Assembly: GCF_018350175.1 (NCBI RefSeq)
Contig: NC_058368.1
Coordinates: 93,560,001-93,624,000 of the forward strand
Source: Felis catus
Lineage: Eukaryota
Direction: 5' to 3'
Length of the DNA: 64,000 nt
The notes under the pieces were generated by a model that did not search any database, was not told where the DNA came from, and saw nothing but the letters and a program-made list of their open reading frames with translations. Of the stretch, positions 63,290 to 64,000 are shown piece by piece; within the stretch, counting starts at the first letter, position 1; the number at the start of each line of letters is the position of its first letter. The position numbers were made by a program, and so were the translations under genes.

Positions 63290-64000
63290 CTAGAACACAA
63301 TACACGAACAAAGCAGTCTTAGCTGTGGCGCCATCCACAGGCCATCAACTATCCCCAGAACATTTTCACAAGATAATATATGTTGCTTTATTTATTTTTT
63401 TAAGCTTACATATTTTAAGAGAGAGAGAAAGCACAAGCAGCAGAGGGGCAGACAGAGAGGGAGAGAGAGAATCCCAAGCAGGCTCTGTGCTCAGCGTAGC
63501 GTGGAGCCTGACACAGGGCTCGAACTCATGAACCAAGAGATCATGACCTGAGCCGAAACCAAGTGTCGGACGCTTAACCGACGGAGCCACCCAAATGCCC
63601 CGACATATGTTGCTTTAAAATGAAGTTGTGGCTCAGTGGGTTAAGCCTCCGACTCTTGATTTCAGCTCAGGTCATGATGTCATGGTTCGTGGGACTGAGC
63701 CCTGTGTCAGGCTCTGTGCTGACAGTGAGGAGCTAGCATAAAACAGCAGCTTATAGAGATTTTTGACACAAACGTCCTTCCTTCATTTTCCGATGCATAC
63801 TTCACTTTTCATGTATTTGTGATCATACTATATTGACGCTTTTAATCAGGTCTCACTGATATTTCTGATGTCACAAGCCTTTTAAACATTATTAATATCA
63901 ATATTCTATCGAGTGGTCATGGTACCATGTTTAATTAACCATTTCCCGATTACCACAGTCACTGTTTTGTTAATTTCTCACCCTTGTGCAAAAAACTTTT
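63290..64000 (-). other. TRIM36: Last intron of TRIM36 (partial), containing Can-SINEs at 63391-63601 and ~63628-63735 and an old L1-like fragment
   Basis: Lies upstream of the acceptor AG on the minus strand. The SINE at 63391-63601 is flanked by TSD atatgttgcttta. Confidence 0.8.

Noticed and set aside
1..64000. CRISPR array, prokaryotic operon or novel multi-gene system
   Set aside because: The sequence is mammalian; its repeats are dispersed retroposons with TSDs, not regularly spaced repeat-spacer units, and only one coding exon is present.

Overview
Mammalian carnivore genomic DNA, almost certainly a felid: it is dominated by tRNA-derived Can-SINEs, including young Felis-type SINEC_Fc copies. 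The only protein-coding sequence I can support is the terminal coding exon of TRIM36 on the minus strand (63289-62938, C-terminal part of the B30.2/SPRY domain), followed by a ~1.8 kb SINE-free 3'UTR ending at a tandem AATAAA/ATTAAA signal near 61160. The other ~61 kb is intergenic sequence downstream of TRIM36. It contains roughly 80 Can-SINE copies by manual count, L1/L2/MIR fragments, MaLR/ERVL/ERV1 LTRs (clustered at 47-55 kb), a degenerate ERVL integrase/dUTPase remnant, Tigger and hAT DNA-transposon fossils, and long simple repeats. Nearly all supplied ORFs are SINE or microsatellite artefacts. I found no convincing novel multi-gene system. The best second-look items are a CpG-rich Tigger-type MITE nested in a hAT fossil, multi-layer nested insertions, an internally inverted chimeric SINE, very young SINEs, and miRNA 8-mer sites in the TRIM36 3'UTR. 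Repeat family names come from recalled consensus sequences, and repeat boundaries are approximate unless a target-site duplication (TSD) is given.
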